DNA of 64,000 nt from an uncultured Alphaproteobacteria bacterium (lineage in GTDB: Bacteria > Pseudomonadota > Alphaproteobacteria > RF32 > CAG-239). Shown here one piece after another: positions 1 through 9,363 of the stretch (positions are counted from its first letter, which is position 1; every line of letters begins with the position of its first letter). The notes beneath the pieces are model-generated. The model saw nothing but the letters and a program-made list of their open reading frames with translations. It ran no database searches and had not been told where the DNA came from. The position numbers were made by a program, and so were the translations under genes. The stretch spans positions 11,912 through 75,911 of the forward strand of contig CANPYS010000002.1 of assembly GCA_947588655.1 (NCBI GenBank), in the 5' to 3' direction.

Positions 1-498
1 AGGCGAAATCAAATCAATCACGCGGGTTGTATAGTCTTTTTCGCCGCAGATAATATCAAAATTAAGTTTTTCAGTCGGATACAAAGGCGTTAAGTTATCA
101 AAATTAACACGCAACTTAGATTTTTCAGGATCTTCATAATTAATTCTGTTAATTTTCATTAAAGCAAAATAACGTTCATTATCTTTTGGCGCTCTAATTT
201 CACCCTCAACCGTATCGCCTGTGCGCAAAGAATATTTTTTAACTTGACCTGGCGAAACATAAATATCATCAGGGCTTGCTAAATAATTAGACTTTGCCGA
301 GCGTAAAAACCCAAAGCCGTCTTGCATAACTTCAATAACGCCGTCGCCCTCAATAACATTATTATCGGAAGCAACTTTTTTCATAATGGCAAAAATAAGA
401 TCTTGAACACGCATAGAAGACGCATTATCAACACCCAAATCTTCAGCCCAATTCAACAATTCTTTAGGAGATTTATCCTTTAATTCTTTTATATGCAT
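1..498 (-). CDS. rho: Transcription termination factor Rho, N-terminal part (ORF runs off the 5' window edge)
   Basis: Reverse-strand translation from the ATG at 498-496 reads [15 protein letters not shown]...[46 protein letters not shown]. This matches the Rho N-terminal RNA-binding domain almost position for position (E. coli: ...[43 protein letters not shown]). Confidence 0.93.
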   Translation of the reverse strand, partial: [166 protein letters not shown]

Positions 499-938
499 GG
501 AAACCTTTTATTTGATAAATTAATATAAATTACGAATGTAATGAGCGCTTTATAATACCATTTAATTTAAAAGTCAACACTTTTTATACACCGTTCTTTT
601 TCCTTCTATTTAAATTTAAAATTTTATGTAGTTATTGTATATGATTGTTTATATTGTGGATGCAATTTTTTTAACAGATTAATCAACATTTTCCCCTCTT
701 GTGAATAAAAGATGTATAAATTTAAAATCACAATGAAGATTCAATAGGTTTTTAAAAATTAACAAGGTGTTAATTTTTTGAGTTTTTAACACATTTACCA
801 TTTGTTCATAAATTCTATGCACATGTTGATAAACTTGAGAAAATATTTTTATATTGTCTGAATAAAATGGTAAAATCGTTTCAGAAGGCTAATTTTTTAC
901 ACAGGCAATTTCTATTTTGTGGATAAAAGGCTGAAAGT

Positions 939-1508
939 ATGGAAATCATAGGCATTACAGGGCAAAGTGGCAGCGGCAAAACAACCATTGCTCAAATTTT
1001 GAGAAAAGAGGGCTTTTTGGTCTTAGACATAGATAAATGGTGCCGCCAAATGTATAATGATGCTTTGTTTTTAGAAAAAATAAGAACAAACTTTCCTTCA
1101 GCCTTTGAAAATGGTGTTTTTGATAAAAGAAAATTGAGGCATATTGTTTTTGAAAATCAAGAAAATTTAAAAGTTCTTGAAAGTTTAACGCACCCTTATT
1201 TAAAAGCCAAATTTTTAAAAACAAGGCGTTGCAATGCTTATAAAAATTATGATATTTTTGTAGATATTGCCTTGCTTTATGAAATGGGTTTAGATTGCTT
1301 TTGCACCAAAATCATAAGGGCTTGCGCGCCTTTTGAGGTTAAAATGCAAAGAGTTATAAAGCGTGATAATATTACAAAAGATGCATATAAGAAAATGCTT
1401 ATATATCAAAAAGATGATATAAAAGATGATATATTAGTAAATACGAATAAACCTTTAAACATTTTGAAAACGGATATTTTGAAATTAGTGGAAGAAATAA
1501 TATGTTAA
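939..1508 (+). CDS. coaE: Dephospho-CoA kinase
   Basis: N-terminal P-loop IGITGQSGSGKTT; 189 aa; sits immediately 5' of dnaQ as in many alphaproteobacteria. Confidence 0.88.
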   Translation: MEIIGITGQSGSGKTTIAQILRKEGFLVLDIDKWCRQMYNDALFLEKIRTNFPSAFENGVFDKRKLRHIVFENQENLKVLESLTHPYLKAKFLKTRRCNAYKNYDIFVDIALLYEMGLDCFCTKIIRACAPFEVKMQRVIKRDNITKDAYKKMLIYQKDDIKDDILVNTNKPLNILKTDILKLVEEIIC

Positions 1509-2266
1509 GAGAAATTGTTTTTGATACGGAAACAACAGGTTTTAACCCCGAAGAAGGCGACAAATTGGTTGAAATTGGCGCTGTGGAGCTCATTAACCAT
1601 ATTCCAACAGGTCGCACTTATCATCAATACATCAATCCGGATCGTGAAGTGCCGGAAGAAGTTGTTAAAGTTCATGGTTTAACGACCGAATTTTTAAAAG
1701 ATTATCCAAAAATTGGCGAAGTGGCGCAATCTTTTATAGATTTTGTTGGCGATGACGGCATTTTAGTCGCGCATAACGCCACTTTTGATATGAATTTTAT
1801 TAACTACGAATTTAAGCATAAAGGTTTTAGGACTTTTCCGGCTGATAGGGTGGTAGATACGCTTGAAATTGCTAAGTCCAAATTCCCTGGAGCGCGGAAC
1901 AATCTAGATGCTTTATGCCGTCGGTTTAATATTGATAATTCTTCGCGTACCAAGCACGGCGCTTTACTTGATGCCGAACTTTTGGCGGAGGTTTATTTAG
2001 AGCTTTTGGGCGGCGCTGAACCAAGTATGAATTTAGAAAATGCTAATTTAGAATATTCTAATTTAGAAAAAGCTAATTTAGAAAGAACTAATTTAGAAAG
2101 AACTAATTTAGAAAACGCTAATTTAGAGAATGCTAATTTAGAAAATGCTAATATACAAATCCAAAATTTTCACGAACCGCGCAGTTTTCCTTTAACTGCA
2201 GACGAGGAACAAGCACACGAAACTTTTTTAAAAGAAAAATTAACCGATGCCGTTTGGCTCAAATAA
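1502..2266 (+). CDS. dnaQ: DNA polymerase III epsilon subunit (3'-5' proofreading exonuclease) with a C-terminal pentapeptide-repeat insertion
   Basis: Exo I (VFDTETTGF), Exo II (HNATFDMNFI) and Exo III (HGALLDAELLAEVY) motifs. The C-terminal third reads NLENANLEYSNLEKANLERTNLERTNLENANLENANLENAN, encoded by 15-nt tandem units. Confidence 0.9.
   Translation: MLREIVFDTETTGFNPEEGDKLVEIGAVELINHIPTGRTYHQYINPDREVPEEVVKVHGLTTEFLKDYPKIGEVAQSFIDFVGDDGILVAHNATFDMNFINYEFKHKGFRTFPADRVVDTLEIAKSKFPGARNNLDALCRRFNIDNSSRTKHGALLDAELLAEVYLELLGGAEPSMNLENANLEYSNLEKANLERTNLERTNLENANLENANLENANIQIQNFHEPRSFPLTADEEQAHETFLKEKLTDAVWLK
2029..2163 (+). repeat. 15-bp tandem minisatellite (unit aatttagaaaatgct, about 8 units plus a degenerate unit), in frame within dnaQ; encodes pentapeptide NLENA repeats
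   Basis: Direct reading: aatttagaaaatgct / aatttagaatattct / aatttagaaaaagct / aatttagaaagaact x2 / aatttagaaaacgct / aatttagagaatgct / aatttagaaaatgct. Confidence 0.9.
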
Positions 2267-2926
2267 TTTTAAAATTATCTGATAAACTTCGGTCATATTT
2301 TTACAAAAATAAGGAATATCAAGCTTTTTAAGTTCTGAAAGATATTCTTTTTGATTTTTATGATAAAATCCAAGAAAAGCAATAGGCGTCGCGCCGGCGG
2401 CAAGGGCGGCTTTCAGACCAACAAGAGAATCTTCAACGACAACAGCGTTTTGAGGTTTTTCGCCCATTTTTTCACATGCAAGCAAAAACAAATCGGGTGC
2501 TGGTTTGCCATTTTGAACCATATCGGCGGTAAAAATATGCTTTAGAGGAAAATAATTTTCAATTTGAGCATTTTTTATTTTAAGCATTGTTTTTTCAAAA
2601 ATGCCGCCTGTGGCAATACATTGTTTAATAGGCAATTCAAAAATTTTTTCAATACCGGCGGCGCGTTCAAATTTTTGGTTTAACATAAGTTCAACATCTA
2701 AAGAATTTGCTTCATCCCAAAAGGAATCATCAACTTCAATATGATGTTCCAACAATTTTTGTGCTTTCGTTTTATCGCTCATTCCGCGCAAGGTGCGGTT
2801 AATTTTTTCCAAGTCCCAATCAATGCCAAGTTTAGATTTTAAAAGATACTGCCGATTTTTAAGCCAAAAATCTTCTGTATTGGCAATAACGCCGTCAAAA
2901 TCCCATATCAACAATTTTTTTTGCAT
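2240..2926 (-). CDS. HAD-superfamily hydrolase (beta-phosphoglucomutase-like phosphatase)
   Basis: Motif I LLIWDFDGVIANTE at the N-terminus; later motifs consistent with HAD (…VVVEDSLVGLKAALAAGA…); 228 aa. Confidence 0.7.
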   Translation of the reverse strand: MQKKLLIWDFDGVIANTEDFWLKNRQYLLKSKLGIDWDLEKINRTLRGMSDKTKAQKLLEHHIEVDDSFWDEANSLDVELMLNQKFERAAGIEKIFELPIKQCIATGGIFEKTMLKIKNAQIENYFPLKHIFTADMVQNGKPAPDLFLLACEKMGEKPQNAVVVEDSLVGLKAALAAGATPIAFLGFYHKNQKEYLSELKKLDIPYFCKNMTEVYQIILKLFEPNGIG

Positions 2927-3096
2927 TAAAACCTCGTCAAAAATTGACCTCGCCTAAAGCCCGTAGAAAGCATTTTTAATCAATTTATGATAAAGAGGTT
3001 AAAATTTCATAAAAAAGCGCTCCAAGGGCTTAAAATCGCAAATTTATAAATTTGTTAATAATTTTTGATTAAAATAAAACCCCTGATGAGGTAAAA

Positions 3097-4440
3097 ATGA
3101 CAAATCAAACCATATATGCATTATCCACGGCATGGGGCAAGTCTGGTGTGGCGATTATTCGCATATCGGGGCAAAATGCCAAAGAGGTTGTTCGTTTAAT
3201 GACCAATCTTGAAACAGTGTATTTAAAACCCCGATACGCTTATTTTACGCCCATTTTTCACAATGTTTCACGTGAAACATTAGATAAGGCGTTACTTTTA
3301 TACTTTCAAGCGCCACATTCTTTTACGGGCGAAGATTGTGTTGAAATCCAGTGCCACGGATCAAAAGCGGTTATCACGGCTATTTTAGACAGTTTATCCA
3401 CCCTGCCCGATTTCCGAATGGCAACCCAAGGCGAGTTTACCAAAAGAGCCTTTTTGAACAAAAAAATGGATTTAACAGAGGTTGACGCTCTATTAGATTT
3501 AATTAATTCAGAAACCGAAATACAACGGAAATCCGCGCTTTTGCAGATGGAAGGAAACTTAAAAGAGGTATATAAAAACTGGCGTAGTGAGTTGCTCAAA
3601 ATATATAGCTACTTAGAAGCTTATATAGATTTTCCTGATGAAGAAATACCAAATTCCATAAAAGAATCTATTTTGAACGGTGTATTTAAATTAATTAAAG
3701 AAATAGATGAACATTTTAAAACCGCACATTATAGTGAACGATTACGCGATGGTTTTAGGGTTGTTATTGCTGGACCAACCAACGCCGGCAAATCTAGCCT
3801 TTTGAACTTAATTGCCCAAAGGCAGGCGGCAATCGTATCTGACATTGCAGGCACAACGCGTGACGCTTTAGACATTTATTTAGATGTGGGCGGTTATCCA
3901 GTTATTATAACCGATACGGCGGGTTTAAGGGAGTCTTCGGATAAGATAGAGCAACAAGGCATTGAAATTACAAAAGAAAAAATCAAAGACGCCGACTATA
4001 TTTTAGCCCTTTTTGATGCCTCCAAAGATACGCCGGCGATTTTTAAAAATCTCAAAAAAGAATCTAAAAACAATATATTATATATTGCTAATAAATCCGA
4101 TACTTTAACATTTGAACAGTGTTCAGTATTTGAAAAACAAGGCTGTTTGTTGCTTTCGGCTAAGACCGGAAAAGGGCTTGAAAATTTACTTAAAACACTC
4201 GCAAACCGCATAGAATCAGATTTTTCCGGCGCGGCTTCCCTGCCCTTAACGCGCGCACGTTATCATCAATATTTGCAAAACACGCTCAACGCCTTAAAAG
4301 ACTTTAGCTTTGATAAAGAAATTGAACTTTCGGCGGAAGATATTCGCTTGGCAGCGCGTGAACTTGGCAAAATCACAGGTCAGATTGAAGTAGAAGAAAT
4401 TTTAAATAATATCTTTTCGTCATTTTGTATTGGAAAATAA
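3097..4440 (+). CDS. mnmE: tRNA modification GTPase MnmE (TrmE)
   Basis: 447 aa. G1 motif GPTNAGKSSLLN, G3 DTAGLRE, NKSD G4, C-terminal CIGK tetrapeptide. Followed by mnmG and rsmG. Confidence 0.95.
   Translation: MTNQTIYALSTAWGKSGVAIIRISGQNAKEVVRLMTNLETVYLKPRYAYFTPIFHNVSRETLDKALLLYFQAPHSFTGEDCVEIQCHGSKAVITAILDSLSTLPDFRMATQGEFTKRAFLNKKMDLTEVDALLDLINSETEIQRKSALLQMEGNLKEVYKNWRSELLKIYSYLEAYIDFPDEEIPNSIKESILNGVFKLIKEIDEHFKTAHYSERLRDGFRVVIAGPTNAGKSSLLNLIAQRQAAIVSDIAGTTRDALDIYLDVGGYPVIITDTAGLRESSDKIEQQGIEITKEKIKDADYILALFDASKDTPAIFKNLKKESKNNILYIANKSDTLTFEQCSVFEKQGCLLLSAKTGKGLENLLKTLANRIESDFSGAASLPLTRARYHQYLQNTLNALKDFSFDKEIELSAEDIRLAARELGKITGQIEVEEILNNIFSSFCIGK
3262..3281. promoter_or_regulatory. 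parS: parS centromere-like site (perfect palindrome AATGTTTCACGTGAAACATT) inside mnmE
   Basis: Exact 16-bp core TGTTTCACGTGAAACA matches the ParB-binding consensus; copy 1 of 3 identical copies. Confidence 0.85.
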
Positions 4441-4499
4441 AAAAAGCTTGCAATTTAAAGACATTTTTCTATGATGTGCCTAATTAAAAGGAACTGAAA

Positions 4500-6317
4500 A
4501 TGCAAACAGATAAAGATGTCATAGTTGTTGGCGGCGGTCATGCCGGTTGTGAGGCGGCGGCCGCGGCGGCGCGAACAGGTGCTCAAACGGTTTTAATAAC
4601 GCACAAAATCAGCACCATTGGCGAAATGTCATGCAATCCGGCAATTGGCGGTTTGGGCAAAGGTCATCTTGTGCGTGAAATTGATGCTTTAGACGGACTA
4701 ATGGCGCGCGTGATTGATAAGGCAGGCATTCAGTTTAGAATGCTTAATTCTTCCAAAGGGCCGGCAGTGCGTGGTCCGCGTGCGCAAGCTGATAGGGCTT
4801 TATATAAAAAATATATGCTTGAGGCGCTAAGAGCCGAAAAAAATCTTGAAATTTTAGAAGCCGCGGTTGAGGGTTTGCTCATCAATTCAGATAACAGTGT
4901 TGGCGGTGTCATTTTATCTAACGGACAACAGATTTCGGCAAAGGCGGTTATTTTAACAACAGGCACATTTTTAAACGGCGTGATGTTTGTTGGTCATCAA
5001 ACTTCTGAAGGTGGCAGAATTGGTGACAAATCGTGCAAAGGTATAACACCGTATTTAAATCAGCTTGGGTTAAATTTAGGGCGACTTAAAACAGGCACGC
5101 CCGCGCGATTAAATGGCAAAACAATTCATTGGGACGCGCTTGAAGTGCAATCAGGCGATGAAAACCCCGAGCCATTTTCATACTTAACGGAAAGTTTACC
5201 TCAAAAGCAAATAAACTGTTTCATCACGCACACCAACGAGCGCACACATCAAATTATTCGGGACAATTTTTCCAAATGCGCTTTGTTTTCGGGGCTGATA
5301 AAGGGTGTCGGTCCGCGTTATTGCCCAAGCATTGAGGACAAGCTTATTAAATTTGCGGGCAAAGACAGTCATCAAATTTTCTTAGAGCCTGAGGGTTATG
5401 ATACAGATGTGGTTTATCCAAACGGCATATCCACGTCTTTGCCGGCAGATGTGCAAGACGCGTTTATTCACACCATCAAAGGGCTTGAAGACGTTGAGAT
5501 TTTGCGTTACGCCTATGCCATTGAATACGATTTTGTTGATCCGCAGGAGCTTAACCGTCGGTTAGAACTCAAAAAAGCGCCCAACTTGTTTTTAGCCGGT
5601 CAAATTAACGGCACGACGGGTTATGAAGAGGCGGCGGCGCAAGGTTTGGTAGCGGGTGTCAATGCTGCTTTAAAAGCAATTTCGCCTGAAAAAGAGTTTG
5701 TGATTGACCGTTCAGAGGCTTATATAGGCGTGATGATTGATGATTTAATCAGCAAAGGTGTGGACGAGCCTTATCGTATGTTTACATCGCGTTCTGAATA
5801 CAGGTTATATTTACGCGCGGATAACGCCGATATGCGTTTAACGGAAAAAGGTTATCAAATCGGCTGTGTTGGCGAAAAACGGAACACTGTATTTAAAACG
5901 AAAAAGCAAGATGTTGAAAAGTTAAGAAACTTAGCTCAAACGCTCAAATCAAACGCAATAACTGGTCGCAAAGAAACGCTTTGGCATTTAATGACTTTAA
6001 ATAATGTTTCACGTGAAACATTGTTTAAAACCTTTCCTCAACTTGCTGAATTTTCTGATAAAATTTATGAACAGATTGAAATTGAAGCGCGTTATGAAGG
6101 CTATATGAAGCGCCAACTCGCCGACATTGAAGTTTTCAAAAAAGATGAAAGTCTTAAAATAAGAGAAGACATAGATTATAAAAAAATCGGTGGTTTATCG
6201 CGTGAAATGGTAGATAAACTTAATCGCTTGCGTCCAGAAACAATCGGGGCGGCATCGCGTATTTCAGGGGTCACGCCGGCGGCAATCACGGCGCTTTTGG
6301 GTTATTTGAAAAAATAA
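4500..6317 (+). CDS. mnmG: tRNA uridine 5-carboxymethylaminomethyl modification enzyme MnmG (GidA)
   Basis: 605 aa; N-terminal FAD-binding [14 protein letters not shown]; conserved mnmE-mnmG-rsmG order. Confidence 0.95.
   Translation: MQTDKDVIVVGGGHAGCEAAAAAARTGAQTVLITHKISTIGEMSCNPAIGGLGKGHLVREIDALDGLMARVIDKAGIQFRMLNSSKGPAVRGPRAQADRALYKKYMLEALRAEKNLEILEAAVEGLLINSDNSVGGVILSNGQQISAKAVILTTGTFLNGVMFVGHQTSEGGRIGDKSCKGITPYLNQLGLNLGRLKTGTPARLNGKTIHWDALEVQSGDENPEPFSYLTESLPQKQINCFITHTNERTHQIIRDNFSKCALFSGLIKGVGPRYCPSIEDKLIKFAGKDSHQIFLEPEGYDTDVVYPNGISTSLPADVQDAFIHTIKGLEDVEILRYAYAIEYDFVDPQELNRRLELKKAPNLFLAGQINGTTGYEEAAAQGLVAGVNAALKAISPEKEFVIDRSEAYIGVMIDDLISKGVDEPYRMFTSRSEYRLYLRADNADMRLTEKGYQIGCVGEKRNTVFKTKKQDVEKLRNLAQTLKSNAITGRKETLWHLMTLNNVSRETLFKTFPQLAEFSDKIYEQIEIEARYEGYMKRQLADIEVFKKDESLKIREDIDYKKIGGLSREMVDKLNRLRPETIGAASRISGVTPAAITALLGYLKK
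6003..6022. promoter_or_regulatory. parS: parS site (AATGTTTCACGTGAAACATT) inside mnmG
   Basis: Identical 20-bp palindrome; copy 2. Confidence 0.85.
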
Positions 6318-6363
6318 ACCGGAAAGGCGACTTATTTAAAATCGTGTTTATAACTTACAAAGA

Positions 6364-7023
6364 TTGTTTATTAAAGTGGCAAGCCGCGTTATAAATTTTT
6401 TTATGGAAAATTTTATCAAAAAATATAATGTTTCACGTGAAACATTGGCCTCTCTTCAAAGGTATGTAAGCCTTTTGGAAGAATGGCAAAATATGTTTAA
6501 CCTTGTCAGCAAAAACTCGTTACCCGATGTTTGGCAACGTCATATTGCCGATTCGGCGGAACTTTTTCAATATATTGATAAAAAAGCCGGTCTGGTTTAT
6601 GACTTTGGAAGCGGCGCGGGCTTTCCGGCAATTGTTTTAGCGATTATGGCGGCAAAAGAAAAACCCAAACTTAGGTTTTTGCTGATAGAAAGTACCACAA
6701 AAAAAACAGTGTTTTTAAATGCCGTTAAAGAAGCGCTGGTGCTTAAAAATGTATATGTCATCAACGACCGAATTGAAAATTTGAAACTCCAAAAAGCCGA
6801 TTTTATAACCTCGCGCGCCTTAGCGGCGCTTCCCCAACTTTTGGAATATGCCCTGCCCTATACCGAGCTTGAGCGTACAAAGCTGATTTTTCCAAAAGGG
6901 CGCAAATATAGAGGGGAAATAGAAGAGGCCCGAAAGCAATGGTCGTTTACAACAAACGTTTACCGGAACACATCTTCAAATGACGGTGTAATTTTGGTTT
7001 TGGAAGATTTACGGAGAAAATAA
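6364..7023 (+). CDS. rsmG: 16S rRNA (guanine527-N7)-methyltransferase RsmG (GidB)
   Basis: SAM-binding YDFGSGAGFP motif. The likely true start is the ATG at 6403 (MENFIKKYNVSRETL...), the typical alphaproteobacterial GidB N-terminus. Confidence 0.9.
   Translation: MFIKVASRVINFFMENFIKKYNVSRETLASLQRYVSLLEEWQNMFNLVSKNSLPDVWQRHIADSAELFQYIDKKAGLVYDFGSGAGFPAIVLAIMAAKEKPKLRFLLIESTTKKTVFLNAVKEALVLKNVYVINDRIENLKLQKADFITSRALAALPQLLEYALPYTELERTKLIFPKGRKYRGEIEEARKQWSFTTNVYRNTSSNDGVILVLEDLRRK
6427..6446. promoter_or_regulatory. parS: parS site (AATGTTTCACGTGAAACATT) inside rsmG
   Basis: Identical 20-bp palindrome; copy 3. Confidence 0.85.
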
Positions 7024-7791
7024 ATGAAAATTATTGCGGTTGCCAACCGAAAAGGCGGTGTCGGAAAAACAACAACAGCCATAAACATAGCCACAGCCAT
7101 GGCGGCAATTGGCAAAAAAGTTTTGGTGCTTGATTTAGACCCGCAAGGCAACGCCACCACTTCTATGGGTTTGAACAAAAAAACATGCCCTTATTCTTCT
7201 TACGATGTTTTAATTAATGGTGTTGAGCCCTTAAAAGCGGTTAAAACGACAGACATTCCAAACTTTTATATTTTACCGTCTGCCCCTGCCCTTGCCGCCG
7301 CTGAAATTGAAATTGTGAACGCCGCTCAACGCGAATATATTTTAAAACGAATGCTCAAAATGTTGGAAGGGCGCTTTCATTATGTGCTGATAGATTGCCC
7401 GCCTTCGCTCAATTTTATCACAATCAACGCCTTGGTTGCCGCCGATTCGGTGATTGTGCCGCTCCAGTGCGAATTTTTGGCGCTTGAGGGTTTGACTGAT
7501 TTAATTCAAAACATAGACCGAATTAAGAAAAACTTTAACCCGACGCTCAAAGTTCAAGGCATTGTTTTAACAATGTTTGATAAGCGCAACAATTTGAGTC
7601 AAATGGTTGAGGCTGATGTTCGGCGCTACTTTGGCGATTTGGTTTATAAAACCGTTATACCGCGCAGTGTGCGTATATCGGAAGCGCCTTCGCATGGCAA
7701 GCCTGTAATGATTTATGACTTCAAGAGTGTTGGGGCGCAGGCTTACATTCAGTTGGCAAAAGAAGTTTTAACGCGTGAAAAGGAGATATAA
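7024..7791 (+). CDS. parA: Chromosome partitioning ATPase ParA
   Basis: Deviant Walker A KGGVGKTTTA; 255 aa; followed by parB. Confidence 0.93.
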   Translation: MKIIAVANRKGGVGKTTTAINIATAMAAIGKKVLVLDLDPQGNATTSMGLNKKTCPYSSYDVLINGVEPLKAVKTTDIPNFYILPSAPALAAAEIEIVNAAQREYILKRMLKMLEGRFHYVLIDCPPSLNFITINALVAADSVIVPLQCEFLALEGLTDLIQNIDRIKKNFNPTLKVQGIVLTMFDKRNNLSQMVEADVRRYFGDLVYKTVIPRSVRISEAPSHGKPVMIYDFKSVGAQAYIQLAKEVLTREKEI

Positions 7792-7793
7792 AA

Positions 7794-8669
7794 ATGCCGT
7801 CAAATAACAACAAACATGGATTGGGCAGGGGCTTAAATGCGCTTTTCGGGGACGAAAGCTTTAATTTAGACGAGGTTTTAAACGCCGATGACAAAGGCAT
7901 TAAAACGGTATCCATTGAAAAATTGCGCCCTTGTGCTTTTCAACCGCGCAAAAGCTTTGATGAAGAGGCTATAAAATCTTTAGCGCAATCCATAAAAGAG
8001 AAGGGGGTTTTGCAGCCCATTTTGGTACGTCCCAAAAACGGATTATATGAAATTGTGGCGGGTGAACGCCGTTACAGAGCCGCCAAAATGGCAGGGTTAA
8101 TTGAACTGCCTGTTATTGAAAAAGAGCTTAAAGACAACGAGGTTTTAGAAGTAGCACTGGTTGAAAACCTTGTCCGAAAAGATTTACTCCCCTTAGAAGA
8201 GGCGCACGGACTTAATTGTTTGATTAATCAGTTTAATTATACGCAAGAACGCCTTTCGGAAATTGTTGGCAAATCCAGAAGCAACATCACAAACATCTTG
8301 CGTTTGCTAACTTTGCCGGCATCTGTTCAAAAATATTTAGACGAGGGCAAATTAACCTCTGGACATGCGCGCGCCTTGGTTGGGCTTGAAAATGCCGCCG
8401 AGTTAGCCGAGCAAATTATAGGGCAGGGGCTAAGCGTCCGTCAGGTGGAAGAAATTATCAGCAAAATCAAAAAACAGGGCAACAACCCCAAGCCCAAAAA
8501 GCCCGCCATTGTAAAAGATAAGGAATTATGCCAAATTGAGCGCGATTTATCGCAAAAAATTGGAGTTCGGGTTATCATTAAAGCCGGTCAAAATGGGCGA
8601 GGGCGCGTTGTTTTGGAATACAAACAGCTTGCCGAGCTTGAAAATATTATTGATAAGCTTGAAAAATAA
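7794..8669 (+). CDS. parB: Chromosome partitioning protein ParB
   Basis: ParB box GERRYRAA, HTH region and C-terminal dimerisation domain; 291 aa. Confidence 0.93.
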   Translation: MPSNNNKHGLGRGLNALFGDESFNLDEVLNADDKGIKTVSIEKLRPCAFQPRKSFDEEAIKSLAQSIKEKGVLQPILVRPKNGLYEIVAGERRYRAAKMAGLIELPVIEKELKDNEVLEVALVENLVRKDLLPLEEAHGLNCLINQFNYTQERLSEIVGKSRSNITNILRLLTLPASVQKYLDEGKLTSGHARALVGLENAAELAEQIIGQGLSVRQVEEIISKIKKQGNNPKPKKPAIVKDKELCQIERDLSQKIGVRVIIKAGQNGRGRVVLEYKQLAELENIIDKLEK

Positions 8670-8710
8670 AAACAGAGTCTTTTCAAGCGCTGAACGGTGT
8701 ATTTAAAAAT

Positions 8711-8744
8711 CGCGGACATAAAAATTGTGTGCGCGATTTTTTAA
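8711..8744. terminator. Bidirectional intrinsic terminator between parB and recX
   Basis: aaaaatcgcg-(loop)-cgcgatttttt: GC stem flanked by an A-run and a T-run. Confidence 0.5.
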
Positions 8745-9298
8745 AAGTCGTTATCGTCATCAGCTGAGCTTTGCAAAATTTCCGAAACAACGTCATAATC
8801 AAAACCGGCGCGGATTAATGTCGCCATATCTTTTTGCCGATTCGCACGGCGGATTTCCTCATCAAAACGAAAAGGCCCAATCTTTTTCTTTTTTGCAAAT
8901 TTGAGCGCCATTTCTTTAACATCATAACCCTGATTTTCTAAAATCTGTTGCGTTAAATCTGCGTTAATGCCCTTTTGACGCAATTTAAGCTCAATATAAC
9001 GCGCGGGCTTGCCGGCGGCGAGGTAATCGCGCGTTTTAAGTTCGGCATAACGCGCGTCATCAAGATAACCCCAATGCTGAAAATCGGCCAAAACTTCTTC
9101 AATCCAGCCCAAAGCCTCGGTTTTATCAAACGAAGGATCAGCGCGCGCATAATCTGAAACGCGCCGCTTTAAAACCTGCCGCAGGTTTTCGGTTGAAGAT
9201 TCAAAGCGCTTCAAATAATAAAGCCCAATGTTTTTAAGCCGAGATTTTGTAATTTTGCGAGGCATTTTGCCGCGATTTTGAATACTTGAATCTTTCAC
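8741..9298 (-). CDS. recX: Recombination regulator RecX
   Basis: 185 aa; three-repeat helical RecX pattern (…LYYLKRFESSTENLRQVLKRR… ARYAELKTRDYL…); start may be the internal ATG (MPRKITK). Confidence 0.75.
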   Translation of the reverse strand: MKDSSIQNRGKMPRKITKSRLKNIGLYYLKRFESSTENLRQVLKRRVSDYARADPSFDKTEALGWIEEVLADFQHWGYLDDARYAELKTRDYLAAGKPARYIELKLRQKGINADLTQQILENQGYDVKEMALKFAKKKKIGPFRFDEEIRRANRQKDMATLIRAGFDYDVVSEILQSSADDDNDF

Positions 9299-9363
9299 TT
9301 GAAAAACCTTTCGTTTTGCATTAAATTTAGTTTGTACGAATTTATTATAAAGGATTTATCACA

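Noticed and set aside
2029-2163. The 15-bp tandem repeats as a CRISPR array
   Set aside because: There are no unique spacers between repeats. The units are contiguous, 15 bp (far shorter than CRISPR repeats), in frame within dnaQ/addA, and no cas genes are present.
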